Source: Escherichia phage vB-Eco-KMB38. From it: a DNA stretch of 64,000 bases. The position numbers were made by a program, and so were the translations under genes. The notes below the pieces were generated by a model. That model did no database searches, was not told the DNA's origin, and saw only the letters and a program-made list of their open reading frames with translations. Below are positions 1 through 8,968 of this stretch, piece by piece. The stretch lies in the sequence record OR525701.1. One strand, written 5' to 3'. Positions within the stretch are counted from its first letter, which is position 1, and every line of letters begins with the position of its first letter.

Positions 1-2214
1 TTATTTGGCCGCTTCCACGGCCTTCATGAATTTAACGATTTGAGCGACCTGTTCTTTGGAAAGAGTACCACGTCGTCCCATGTAGTCTGACACAATATGA
101 TAATTGGTTTCGAATTCAATAACCATTTTATCATCATTATCGTAAGCATTATCTTTAAGCTTATCGAAAATTTTAGCACACAATTCTAACTTCTTATTCA
201 GGTCTGTATTAGTAGCACCTGCGAATCGATTCCATCCCCAACGATTATTTACTGTTGAGAGTTTTGCAAAGTCTTTACTGATTTCTTTGTTCTTAGAGCT
301 AAAATACTTACTAAGGAAGTTAAGCTCTTCATTACGAGTAATATGATTCAAATAAGGCTGTGCTCTACGACTTGGTGATACATACTCATCATAATCCACT
401 TTATCGATTAGCGTAATATAGTCATTAATTGATTTTTCGAACAAGCATTCTACTTCACCAAGTTTACGAACTTTCTTAGCAATCTGTGGACGAACTACAG
501 TGAACTCTTTAATACCTGACAAATCAGCAATACGAGTCAAGAAATTGGAGTCATAGTTCAACCAACCTTTATCTGCGTCAAGACATTCAGCATTAGAACG
601 ATTACGAACTATAGCATAACCTTGGATCTCATCAGCTTTACTGGCCGGAATAAAAAGGTCTTCTGATACCCAAACATCTTTTTCGTTCTTAAAGAACCGA
701 TGAGCACTTGGGGATTTAGGACGAGGCTGCGATGAACGTTCTTTAACTTCAATCCACGGTTTAACTAATGCAAGAATTTCAGAGGTCTTATAAAATTTAA
801 GGCTATCACCAGCGAAAATAACCTTTAATCGTTCCAGAAGTTTCATTGCAACTTCATCTTCCGGGTTAATGAATAATACGCTACTACCATATCCGGAAGG
901 AACCTTATCAACGAGTGTTGATGCATCTGTGGAAGTCAAAGCATCGTTCAGAGCACGCATCATTGGTACGCGGCCTTTCACATCGTCAATAACAATATCA
1001 ATATGCTTACGACTAATACCTAGCAGGCTATTAATTGAAATAGTTGCAGACGAGCTTCCGCTTTCACGAATACGACGAAGTCGTGGGTCTGAAACGTTAT
1101 CATATACAACACCAAGGTTGCACCATTCGGGTCCCATTTTAAAACGTTTGTACAACTCAGAATAAGTTAGCTGTTCTTTAGAATATTTCAGTGATTCAAT
1201 ATTAGAACCAGCTTTTTCCATGTATTTACGAGCAGAGTAACCAAGAGAATCGATTTCACGGAATACATGACGTGGATATTCACAATCAATCCATTTCTTA
1301 GAATCTTCAGCAAATAATTTTGCATCAATTTCTGCAACGCGTTTATGGATATTTGCTACTGTACGTTTATCAAATGACAATGCTTCACGAGACGGGGCTA
1401 CATCTAGTTCACCCATAGGGAATTTAATATAAGCTGTAGTGCATCGCGTCATCATCCATGTTTGTTCTTTAATAACACTTCCGATTGGATATACAATACC
1501 ACCATAAACAGCCATGATATTACCACGTTCACCCCATGGAGCTTCCTTAGCCAAATATACATCGTCAAATTCAGGAAAGTATTTAATATCTTTAACACCG
1601 CGAACTTCTGCAATATCACCTAGAGGACGCATAACATATGCAATTTCAGATGCGAACTTTTCAAAATCTTCTGGGTTAACCGGCACAACTACTTCTACAC
1701 CCGTACGGTCATCAGGGCCCATCTTATCTACAAAGGTCGGCTTAATCTGTGGACCACTGTCATCTTGGTAGATTACGTAACCACGAACTTCACCGTTGTG
1801 ATAAGACGTAAGGTTAAACGTATCGGTATATGCTAGTGGAGCTTTAGAGCCGAGTCCGAATCCGCCAATGAAATCGTTACTCGATGTTTTAGTTGAAGCA
1901 AAATATGAGTTATAGATTCCTGGCTCTTCGTCATTACCTCTAATGGTGAAATCGCTCATGCCAGGACCAAAGTCTCGAACTACAAAACGTGGGTCTAAAC
2001 GACCTGGAGCCTGAACAATAAACTTATCAGTGCAACCATTAAGAATTTGTCCATCGATACAGTTTGTGATTAATTCACGTACACAAGCCAATTCTTTGTT
2101 TGTATAAAGGTCATTAGACAAAATCTTATAAACTTTGCTATTGCCTTGAATAGTGAATGCTGTGCTCTTACCGCCTGAACCAATAATCGTTTCTTTAGCT
2201 GTTTCAATAATCAT
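1..2214 (-). CDS. rIIA: rIIA protein (GHKL/Bergerat-fold ATPase-like N-terminal region)
   Basis: 737 aa ORF with DFGPGM motif; size and position next to the topoisomerase gene match T4 rIIA (725 aa). Confidence 0.8.
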   Translation of the reverse strand: MIIETAKETIIGSGGKSTAFTIQGNSKVYKILSNDLYTNKELACVRELITNCIDGQILNGCTDKFIVQAPGRLDPRFVVRDFGPGMSDFTIRGNDEEPGIYNSYFASTKTSSNDFIGGFGLGSKAPLAYTDTFNLTSYHNGEVRGYVIYQDDSGPQIKPTFVDKMGPDDRTGVEVVVPVNPEDFEKFASEIAYVMRPLGDIAEVRGVKDIKYFPEFDDVYLAKEAPWGERGNIMAVYGGIVYPIGSVIKEQTWMMTRCTTAYIKFPMGELDVAPSREALSFDKRTVANIHKRVAEIDAKLFAEDSKKWIDCEYPRHVFREIDSLGYSARKYMEKAGSNIESLKYSKEQLTYSELYKRFKMGPEWCNLGVVYDNVSDPRLRRIRESGSSSATISINSLLGISRKHIDIVIDDVKGRVPMMRALNDALTSTDASTLVDKVPSGYGSSVLFINPEDEVAMKLLERLKVIFAGDSLKFYKTSEILALVKPWIEVKERSSQPRPKSPSAHRFFKNEKDVWVSEDLFIPASKADEIQGYAIVRNRSNAECLDADKGWLNYDSNFLTRIADLSGIKEFTVVRPQIAKKVRKLGEVECLFEKSINDYITLIDKVDYDEYVSPSRRAQPYLNHITRNEELNFLSKYFSSKNKEISKDFAKLSTVNNRWGWNRFAGATNTDLNKKLELCAKIFDKLKDNAYDNDDKMVIEFETNYHIVSDYMGRRGTLSKEQVAQIVKFMKAVEAAK

Positions 2215-2226
2215 ATTTTTCTCTCA

Positions 2227-2427
2227 TCACAAGTTACGTTTAAAAATTTCTGCTACTTCAAGAAGTTCTTCTTTAGTAGCTGTATCGGTTTGTATTTTAT
2301 ATCGAATTTCTTTAAAGCGTTCTTTAAATGACTCTGCTGACTCGATATCAAAAAATCTTTGGATAAGCCGGAATTCCCGGAGCACCGCTTTATCAAAAAG
2401 TTCCAAGTCCACGTTATATGTTCTCAT
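2227..2427 (-). CDS. small hypothetical protein (rIIA.1 position)
   Basis: 66 aa ORF immediately downstream of rIIA on same strand. Confidence 0.5.
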   Translation of the reverse strand: MRTYNVDLELFDKAVLREFRLIQRFFDIESAESFKERFKEIRYKIQTDTATKEELLEVAEIFKRNL

Positions 2428-2519
2428 AATATTCTCTTCAGTAGATTCCTAGGGCACTATTACTAAAGACCATATAATTTATCATCTTATGTGTAATAGT
2501 GCCTCAGGCTATTCAGGAT

Positions 2520-3620
2520 TTACGCTGTGAAGATTTTATCCCACATCGCAACAACTGCATCTCGATTATACTTCTTCCATACTGCTTCAGCACGTTTAAC
2601 TCGAGCTTCGTATGTGTCAGTGAATTCTAATACAGCTTTTGTGTAAAGCGCAACTACTTCTTTCTTAGGAGTAGAGGAATCAATTTCTACACGCACAGTA
2701 TCTGGGTCGTATTCGAATGTCGCATGAGGATAATCCTTAAAAACTAACTGGATTACAGGGACACCTTTAGAGATGGCTTCAATAGAACTATTCTCTACCG
2801 TACCTGTGTCAGGACATGTATTAATAAGTGCTTTAGCTGTTTTAAGACGTTCCATGATTTCACTGTGTGGAGCATCAATAATAACAGGATATTTAGCTGG
2901 TGGTGCCCATTTGCTTGGACAATAACCAATACCATTTTCGCCTAGTGCTTTAATTGCTTCAAGAGCAACATCAGTGCGACGCATCTTAGTGTCATAACGT
3001 TGAGCACTAATAATCAAATCAGTTGCCGGAAGAACTTCAGGTTTTTCATTCAAACAAATAACCGGGTAGTCATCAGGTTCAAATAATGGATTTTCACGCC
3101 AGTAGTCATAATCAATTTTGTCAGTAAGAGCTGAAGTCATATGACAATATTTACGTTCAAATTCACGGAAGGCTTTAGTAGGAGCATAGCTCTTCCCACC
3201 GTTCTTGTGAATCTGGATAGTCTGATCCCAAATTTGAACAATACCACGAGACACCGGTTCAAATGGCGTAGCCATAAAATTCTTATGAACTTTAGAGAGA
3301 CCTGCGTCTTTAATTGCTTGGACGGTTAGTTTAGTCGGTTCCATAGTAACAACAAAATCGTATTCATGGATGCCGGCTAGTTCAACAATCTTACGAGCCA
3401 TAGTATAACTCATACCTAGACTGAATTTAGTCAGATGACCAACAGGATGGTGTGTAACTTTCCAGTCACCAAACGTGTCATTATCAAAGCCGATATAATC
3501 AATATCAGCACCGATGGACACAAGATATTTCAACACATTTAAATGTACTGCTTCAAGTCCACCTTGTACACGGTCAGGATTAAATGGGACTGCACGAGAT
3601 GGGATAAACATAACTTTCAT
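2520..3620 (-). CDS. hypothetical protein, lineage-specific insertion between rIIA.1 and gene 39; candidate DNA sugar-transferase
   Basis: 366 aa ORF with no T4 counterpart at this position; followed by UUCG hairpin terminator; function inferred only from context. Confidence 0.6.
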   Translation of the reverse strand: MKVMFIPSRAVPFNPDRVQGGLEAVHLNVLKYLVSIGADIDYIGFDNDTFGDWKVTHHPVGHLTKFSLGMSYTMARKIVELAGIHEYDFVVTMEPTKLTVQAIKDAGLSKVHKNFMATPFEPVSRGIVQIWDQTIQIHKNGGKSYAPTKAFREFERKYCHMTSALTDKIDYDYWRENPLFEPDDYPVICLNEKPEVLPATDLIISAQRYDTKMRRTDVALEAIKALGENGIGYCPSKWAPPAKYPVIIDAPHSEIMERLKTAKALINTCPDTGTVENSSIEAISKGVPVIQLVFKDYPHATFEYDPDTVRVEIDSSTPKKEVVALYTKAVLEFTDTYEARVKRAEAVWKKYNRDAVVAMWDKIFTA

Positions 3621-3630
3621 AATTAAGCCT

Positions 3631-3664
3631 TATTAAAATTAAAATGAAGCTCCCGAAGGAGCTT
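3631..3664 (-). terminator. hairpin (AAGCUCC-UUCG-GGAGCUU) followed by U-rich tract, overlapping gp39 stop codon
   Basis: inverted repeat with UUCG tetraloop read on minus strand. Confidence 0.55.
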
Positions 3665-5480
3665 AGGACATCCATTCTTTACGAAGTTCTGAATCATCAC
3701 CCATGAGCATTTCAAATAGTTCTTTCCAATTTTCAGGAAGTTTAACTACGTCGTACACTGGGTTCTGAATCATTTCACGATATTCTGACTTTTCAAGGGA
3801 GCCCAATCCCTTGATGTATCGAATACTATGCTTAGGCAGTGTATCTTTAACTTCTTCATACTCAGCTACAGTATAAAACCATTTTTGAGTTTTGCCAATT
3901 TGTGCAATAATTACAGGCGTTTTAACAAAGCGAATACGTCCTTGTTCAAACAATTCAGGCCAATTACTAAAGAAAGCAAGCAAAGCCGGATAAATACTTC
4001 CAAGACCGTCATGATCGGCATCAGTCATAATTGCAATATTACGATAGTTCGTATTCTCTGCCTTTTCACCAAGAATAAGACCTGTGATAGCACAGATATC
4101 AAAGAGCTCTTTGTTCTTCATCATATCAGCATATGACATACCCCAGCTATTCATCACCTTACCACGTAATGGGAATCCACCGTGTAGTTCACGGTCACGA
4201 ACATCAATGAGATAACCAATTGCCGAATCACCTTCTGTTAAGAACAATGTCGTATCTGCATCTTTACCACATTGGTTAGCTTTAATATGCTTATGAACTT
4301 TAGCTTTAGTTGCCTTTTTAGCTGCTTTAGTTTCTGCAGCCTTTTCTGCCGCCAATTTACGAGCTAATGCTGCTTCAACAATAGGCATAATCAAGGCTTC
4401 GTTTTTAAGAAGTGCCTGAGCAATTTTCTTAGCATCTAATTGGATATGATTACGAATATCACCATACGTCGACGTTAAACGTTCTTTAGTCTGAGAATCA
4501 AAACGCATGTTGCTCATGTCTCTAATAAACATCAACATTGTGAGGCATTCTTTAACACGAGCTTTAGTGACTTCAATACCTTTATATTTCTTTTTAATAC
4601 CCGGCAAAAGATGTTCGCAGATATCATCCATTACACATTCAACATGATGTCCGCCATTTTTAGTATGGATGTTATTCACATAAGTTAAATGACGGAAGCC
4701 ATCTGGTGATGTTGTGAATGCTATAGAGACTTTATCATTTTCTTGAATGATGTTATCTTCACCAAATTGTTTAGCAAATCGTTTAAAATTACCATCAACC
4801 TTTTTACCATTAAATGTGAACTTGATATCAGGATAAACGACTGCTAATGTTTGAAGTCGGTCTAAAGTAATATCTAAATAAATTTGAGATAAATTATGCT
4901 CTTCAAATGAAGTGAAATCAGGAGTGAAGATTACTTTAGTGCCTTTACCTTTAGATTTCTTAGAAGACCATGATTTGTTTTCCATTCCGTTTGAACAGTT
5001 AACAGTGATTTCATTTTCGCCATCTGACGTGATGCCTGTAAACAACGTAGAGAAGATATTAGTTAAACTACTCCCGACGCCGTTCATACCACCAGTCTTG
5101 CGTTCAGAATCATCACCAAAGTTACCACCGGCCTTTGGAATAGTCCAGGCTGCTACAGGCCCAGGAATTTGTTCACCTGTTTGGTCAGTAACTAAACCTT
5201 GAGGAATACCACGGCCGTTATCTTCCACCGAAACTTGATTATTTTTAATTTGCACATCAATTTTATTTGCAAACTTAAATGATGTACGAATAGCTTCATC
5301 AACCGAGTTGTCAATAATCTCATCGATTAATTTAACCAGACCAGGAACATATTCAACTTGTTGATATTTACCAAACAAAAAACGCTCGTGGGCTTCTTTA
5401 GCAGAAGAACCAATATACATGCCACTACGTTTCTTAATATGTTCTACATCTGACAGTACCTTAATTTCATTTTTAATCAT
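3663..5480 (-). CDS. 39: DNA topoisomerase II large subunit (GyrB-like), single polypeptide (39+60 fused type)
   Basis: 605 aa; GHKL ATPase motif IDNSVDE, GGMNGVGSS loop, toprim region; position after rIIA. Confidence 0.9.
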   Translation of the reverse strand: MIKNEIKVLSDVEHIKKRSGMYIGSSAKEAHERFLFGKYQQVEYVPGLVKLIDEIIDNSVDEAIRTSFKFANKIDVQIKNNQVSVEDNGRGIPQGLVTDQTGEQIPGPVAAWTIPKAGGNFGDDSERKTGGMNGVGSSLTNIFSTLFTGITSDGENEITVNCSNGMENKSWSSKKSKGKGTKVIFTPDFTSFEEHNLSQIYLDITLDRLQTLAVVYPDIKFTFNGKKVDGNFKRFAKQFGEDNIIQENDKVSIAFTTSPDGFRHLTYVNNIHTKNGGHHVECVMDDICEHLLPGIKKKYKGIEVTKARVKECLTMLMFIRDMSNMRFDSQTKERLTSTYGDIRNHIQLDAKKIAQALLKNEALIMPIVEAALARKLAAEKAAETKAAKKATKAKVHKHIKANQCGKDADTTLFLTEGDSAIGYLIDVRDRELHGGFPLRGKVMNSWGMSYADMMKNKELFDICAITGLILGEKAENTNYRNIAIMTDADHDGLGSIYPALLAFFSNWPELFEQGRIRFVKTPVIIAQIGKTQKWFYTVAEYEEVKDTLPKHSIRYIKGLGSLEKSEYREMIQNPVYDVVKLPENWKELFEMLMGDDSELRKEWMS

Positions 5481-5523
5481 GTTGTCTCCTCGTTATGAAG
5501 GTATTCTATCATCCTAAATCTAA

Positions 5524-5545
5524 AGCAAAAAGGGCCGAAGCCCTT
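5524..5545 (-). terminator. hairpin AAGGGC-UUCG-GCCCUU plus U tract overlapping goF stop
   Basis: inverted repeat followed by T-run on minus strand. Confidence 0.55.
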
Positions 5546-5969
5546 ATTTAAATTTAATTTTCTGAAGTGCATCAATTGCAGCCAGGCGCCCTTGTTCACT
5601 TTTAACTGTAATGACCACATCGCCTGATACGATCACCGAACCATCAACAAATTCTATAGAGCCTTTTTTGAAATCAACAGATGTATCTGGTTCCGGAACT
5701 TCTTCAAAGAATTTAAATTCTGCACCATAAAGCAGAATATCACCTTGCATACTATGAATAGTTCGGCCATAATCGCCTACGGCTTCTACAGCAATCACTG
5801 AAACACCATAACCAATCATCTCTTCCACAATAAAATCTTTAGACAATAAAGTAGTATGCAGATTAGTATTAAGACGTTTACCAGTCGTATTAAGAATTCT
5901 CAAGAAATTATCTTCCTGTCCTTTGATAATACGATATTTCTTACCAACTTCAAAACCTTTAAAAGCCAT
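5544..5969 (-). CDS. goF: goF-like protein (141 aa)
   Basis: 141 aa ORF at T4 goF position downstream of gene 39; same length as T4 goF as I recall it. Confidence 0.5.
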   Translation of the reverse strand: MAFKGFEVGKKYRIIKGQEDNFLRILNTTGKRLNTNLHTTLLSKDFIVEEMIGYGVSVIAVEAVGDYGRTIHSMQGDILLYGAEFKFFEEVPEPDTSVDFKKGSIEFVDGSVIVSGDVVITVKSEQGRLAAIDALQKIKFK

Positions 5970-5971
5970 AA

Positions 5972-6151
5972 TTAACCCTTCTTAAGTAAGTCGTAAAAAC
6001 CACCGTTCACATGTTTAGGAGCAGAAACCCGACGAGTAGACAGACGATGACATTCAGGGCAAACATCGTTTTCTCGTTCAGAAATTCTTTTAATTTTTTC
6101 ATATTCATGACCACAATCTTCGGATTGACATTTATAGTCGTATAACGGCAT
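5972..6151 (-). CDS. small zinc-ribbon protein (59 aa, below ORF-track cutoff)
   Basis: ATG start overlapping upstream stop (TAATG); CxxC...CxxC pairs (CQSEDC...CPEC); translated by hand from sequence. Confidence 0.5.
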   Translation of the reverse strand: MPLYDYKCQSEDCGHEYEKIKRISERENDVCPECHRLSTRRVSAPKHVNGGFYDLLKKG

Positions 6152-6564
6152 TATTGTTCCTTAAAGTGAGCTTTCAACATTTGATACAAAGACCATGCCT
6201 GGTCGTTATTTTCGATAGTAATTGTCATCACTGGAAATTCAGACAATTCGTCAAGTTCATCAGAATCTTGCTCTTCGGACGCTTGATATGGATTTCCAAC
6301 TTCGTCAAAGAACTCTGCTTCATTCGTGGAGAGCCAGATAAAGTTTTCATCAAGGATATCACCACCCGTGTCGTATCCAACCGTGCCAGTAGATGTCACA
6401 ATTTTAGTAGGACGACCAAGATGGTCAACATCTAATACTTTAAATGGTTCCATGCCAAGACGTCGTGCATAAATCCCATTATCAGTGTGGTTTTTAATAA
6501 ACTCTTCTTGGGCACGTTTATCTTTAAATTGGTACCATGAGTTAACGCGGAATTTATTAGCCAT
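6151..6564 (-). CDS. hypothetical protein (acidic C-terminal region)
   Basis: ORF-track 6151..6582; start re-set to ATG (MANKF) preceded by GGAAGGAAAC RBS and overlapping upstream stop. Confidence 0.6.
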   Translation of the reverse strand: MANKFRVNSWYQFKDKRAQEEFIKNHTDNGIYARRLGMEPFKVLDVDHLGRPTKIVTSTGTVGYDTGGDILDENFIWLSTNEAEFFDEVGNPYQASEEQDSDELDELSEFPVMTITIENNDQAWSLYQMLKAHFKEQ

Positions 6565-6791
6565 TAGTAAGTTTCCTTCCAATAAGTTGTACCGTTTTCA
6601 GTGATTTCACGGAAGATACCGTAGATAGGCATTTCATCACCGAGTTTTTCGTAAACGTAAACCACTTCGGTGTAGCATAAAAATCCGGTCCAGTTTTTCT
6701 GTACAACAACTAAATCAGGATTAAACAGAACATCTTCAAACTCATCGATGTTTGAATCAGTAGTTACGTTTTTAATGATTTGACGTTTCAT
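6564..6791 (-). CDS. hypothetical protein
   Basis: ORF-track 6564..6836; likely start at internal ATG (MKRQII) with AAGAGGAGAA RBS, downstream of promoter at 6820-6848. Confidence 0.5.
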   Translation of the reverse strand: MKRQIIKNVTTDSNIDEFEDVLFNPDLVVVQKNWTGFLCYTEVVYVYEKLGDEMPIYGIFREITENGTTYWKETY

Positions 6792-6819
6792 AATATTCTC
6801 CTCTTGTTTTGATAGGTCT

Positions 6820-6848
6820 ATAGTATCATAGACCATAGTTGTTGTACA
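6820..6848 (-). promoter_or_regulatory. T4-type early promoter (-35 TGTACA, -10 TACTAT)
   Basis: sigma70-like hexamers with 17 bp spacer on minus strand; -10 embedded in dyad GGTCTAT..ATAGACC. Confidence 0.45.
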
Positions 6849-7373
6849 TCATTTTAGCAAAATAAAATCAACTTGTTCTGCCAATGAACGTCTAAACATT
6901 AATTGACAACTTCCGAGGATGAAATCAGGTGCTTCATAGACCGCGATGTAGTATCCTTTAGCTTTCAAGAGTTCAACATCCACCTGGTCATCAAACCATG
7001 CATAAACCGCGTCAACGCTTTCAAATCCAAAATAGAACCCTTGAGCCCAATCTTCACTCAATTCAAATGTGTGCTCAATTCTATAGTATCTTAAGATATT
7101 TTGTTCAAGGAGTTTGTCTTCATTTACTGTAGGACGATTAGGGACATTATAGTTGTCGCCGTGATGGTAGAAGTTACCTGAGAGTATTCCATGCTTATCA
7201 AGGAACTCCCATGTTTCTTCAGAGTTGTCGGTGCCCGACCAACCGTATGGCGAGCGAGGTTCTTTATTCCAAGAGGTTTCCCAAATTCTGACGGCTTTAC
7301 CGTCTTCGATAGCAATTCCTGGTAATGATTCACGTTGAGTGCAAAAACTACGTTCTACGCGGTAAACTAACAT
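6849..7373 (-). CDS. hypothetical protein
   Basis: 174 aa ORF, ATG start with GAGGAG RBS. Confidence 0.65.
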   Translation of the reverse strand: MLVYRVERSFCTQRESLPGIAIEDGKAVRIWETSWNKEPRSPYGWSGTDNSEETWEFLDKHGILSGNFYHHGDNYNVPNRPTVNEDKLLEQNILRYYRIEHTFELSEDWAQGFYFGFESVDAVYAWFDDQVDVELLKAKGYYIAVYEAPDFILGSCQLMFRRSLAEQVDFILLK

Positions 7374-7398
7374 ATTATTCTCCTCTGGTTGATATGGT

Positions 7399-7427
7399 TA
7401 TAATATCAAAACCAGAGGAGAAGTAAA
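7399..7427 (-). promoter_or_regulatory. T4-type early promoter (-35 GTTTAC, 17 bp, -10 TATTAT)
   Basis: match to T4 early promoter consensus on minus strand upstream of 6849..7373. Confidence 0.55.
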
Positions 7428-7432
7428 CAACT

Positions 7433-7852
7433 TTATGCGAAAGCAGCTGGGCTATATTTTTTAATTTGGAATTCAGGAACTACCATGAACTGACCAGCGA
7501 AAACGATGTTATAAAGCTTAACACCATCTTCTACCCAACGGTCGCTAATAAATCCGGCGATTTGCTTAGTTTTCTATGGCGTTCCATCAGTTGCCGCAGC
7601 AATAGTGAATTCATGGTCTTTTTCAACAGAAACTGATCTGCATAGTCCCCATTTGAACGCTTTTTCTTCTGGCTCAATGAACTGGCTTGAGACGTAGCCA
7701 ATATTACCATTAGCATCACGAACTTTAACTTGGTTACGACCAAAAACCGGATCACTCACAGAAAGAACTTCAACCAACTTCCCGGCAACTTTAGAGCGAG
7801 AAGCAACAGATACATATACGTAATCACCTGTAGAGAGATTTACAATATTCAT
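7433..7852 (-). pseudogene. third member of a paralog family interrupted by an in-frame TAG at 7574-7576 (N-terminal 92 aa ORF 7577..7852, C-terminal 45 codons continue in frame to TAA at 7433)
   Basis: hand translation: ...AAATDGTP*KTKQIAGFISDRWVEDGVKLYNIVFAGQFMVV...; both halves align to paralogs 7862..8347 and 8409..8903. Confidence 0.55.
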
Positions 7853-7861
7853 AATAATTCC

Positions 7862-8347
7862 TTAAGCTTTACGAGGAGACACATAGCGAGTGATTTCGGA
7901 TTCTTTAACAACTCGGAAGTCACCTAAGAATACGATATTGTATAACTTTTCACCATCTTCTACCCATTGGTCACTAATGAAGCCACACATGGTATCAGTT
8001 GTGCTTGGATAACCATATTCATCGATGAAGTCAAATTCTTTATCAGTCTGGAATTCAACACCTTTACACAAGGCCCATTTGAACTGTACATTAGGCTCTG
8101 TGGATTCAACTTTTTCTCTTGAAGCAAAAGCACTACTCGCAGGAGTTTCCAAGAACTTTGCACGAACATAAGCGAACTGAGTTTCCCTCGACCCAAGACT
8201 AGGAATAATACGAACTTTTACCTCAGAATCTTCATCTTTAACGCCTTCTTTAAGTTGAATACTTACAACTTCGACCAATTTTCCTGCTGCTTTAGAACGA
8301 GATTTGTTAGATACGCGAACGATTTCACCAATAATACCAAGATTCAT
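7862..8347 (-). CDS. hypothetical protein, paralog family member (shared C-terminal motif DQWVEDGxxLxNxVxxGDFxVV)
   Basis: 161 aa ORF; N-terminus similar to 7577..7852 (KxAGKLVEVxS), C-terminus similar to 8409..8903. Confidence 0.7.
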   Translation of the reverse strand: MNLGIIGEIVRVSNKSRSKAAGKLVEVVSIQLKEGVKDEDSEVKVRIIPSLGSRETQFAYVRAKFLETPASSAFASREKVESTEPNVQFKWALCKGVEFQTDKEFDFIDEYGYPSTTDTMCGFISDQWVEDGEKLYNIVFLGDFRVVKESEITRYVSPRKA

Positions 8348-8375
8348 AATTTTCTCTCTTTGTTTAAGTTGAATT

Positions 8376-8404
8376 CATTATACTCCATCCGTCCTTGGAT
8401 GTAC
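8376..8404 (-). promoter_or_regulatory. T4-type early promoter (-35 TGTACA, -10 TATAAT)
   Basis: hexamers with 17 bp spacer containing CCAAGGACGG. Confidence 0.5.
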
Positions 8405-8408
8405 AACA

Positions 8409-8903
8409 TTAATTAAGGATATTAACCACAGCACTACGTGGAACTACACTAAAATCACCTGCATGAACAACGTTCAGAAGTTCAACACCGTCTTCAATCC
8501 ATTGGTCAGTTACCCATCCATTTACTGGACCAGCGAATGGGCGTCGAATTGAAACATATTTACACAACAAATCAGTAGGCTCAATAGGCTTAATCAGAGT
8601 ACCGTACATACAAGCGATATCCATATCAATACAGATATCTTTAACGGGTTCTACTTCTTCAATCAACAGTTCAAAGTCGGTGCTTGGAAGGGCGGTGGTA
8701 GAAATTGTACCATATGAATTTTTAATTTCTAAGAATAACCAAGGGCCTTCAACTTGTTTGATGAAGTTAACAATAGTGAAACTATTACCTTGAGTGGCAC
8801 CTAAAATTTCACAAAACTTTTCATAAGCTCGCACTGAAGCACCGTACCAGTTGATTTGTTTTTCATCTTTCAGGATGTAAGTAGCCGTAGTATTGATATT
8901 CAT
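8409..8903 (-). CDS. hypothetical protein, paralog family member
   Basis: 164 aa ORF; C-terminal WVTDQWIEDGVELLNVVHAGDFSVV matches paralogs. Confidence 0.7.
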   Translation of the reverse strand: MNINTTATYILKDEKQINWYGASVRAYEKFCEILGATQGNSFTIVNFIKQVEGPWLFLEIKNSYGTISTTALPSTDFELLIEEVEPVKDICIDMDIACMYGTLIKPIEPTDLLCKYVSIRRPFAGPVNGWVTDQWIEDGVELLNVVHAGDFSVVPRSAVVNILN

Positions 8904-8933
8904 AATGTTTTCCTGTTTGGTTAAGATAGAAAG

Positions 8934-8963
8934 ATTATACTCAAACCATCCTTGGTTGTAAAC
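8934..8963 (-). promoter_or_regulatory. T4-type early promoter (-35 GTTTAC, -10 TATAAT)
   Basis: hexamers with 18 bp spacer AACCAAGGATGGTTTGAG. Confidence 0.5.
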
Positions 8964-8968
8964 TGGTT

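Noticed and set aside
3663-5480. Searched for the T4 gene 60 translational-bypass (50-nt hop) element and a split topoisomerase subunit
   Set aside because: The topoisomerase large subunit is one continuous 605 aa ORF; no separate gene 60 or take-off/landing codon pair is evident.
7574-7576. In-frame TAG as a recoded codon (pyrrolysine or selenocysteine-type)
   Set aside because: No recoding machinery is expected in this host-phage system; nonsense mutation or suppression is more parsimonious.
7399-8963. Repeated GTTTAC...TATAAT-containing elements as possible CRISPR-like or mobile-element repeats
   Set aside because: Spacing and hexamer content match T4 early promoters; repeats are irregularly spaced and each precedes an ORF start.
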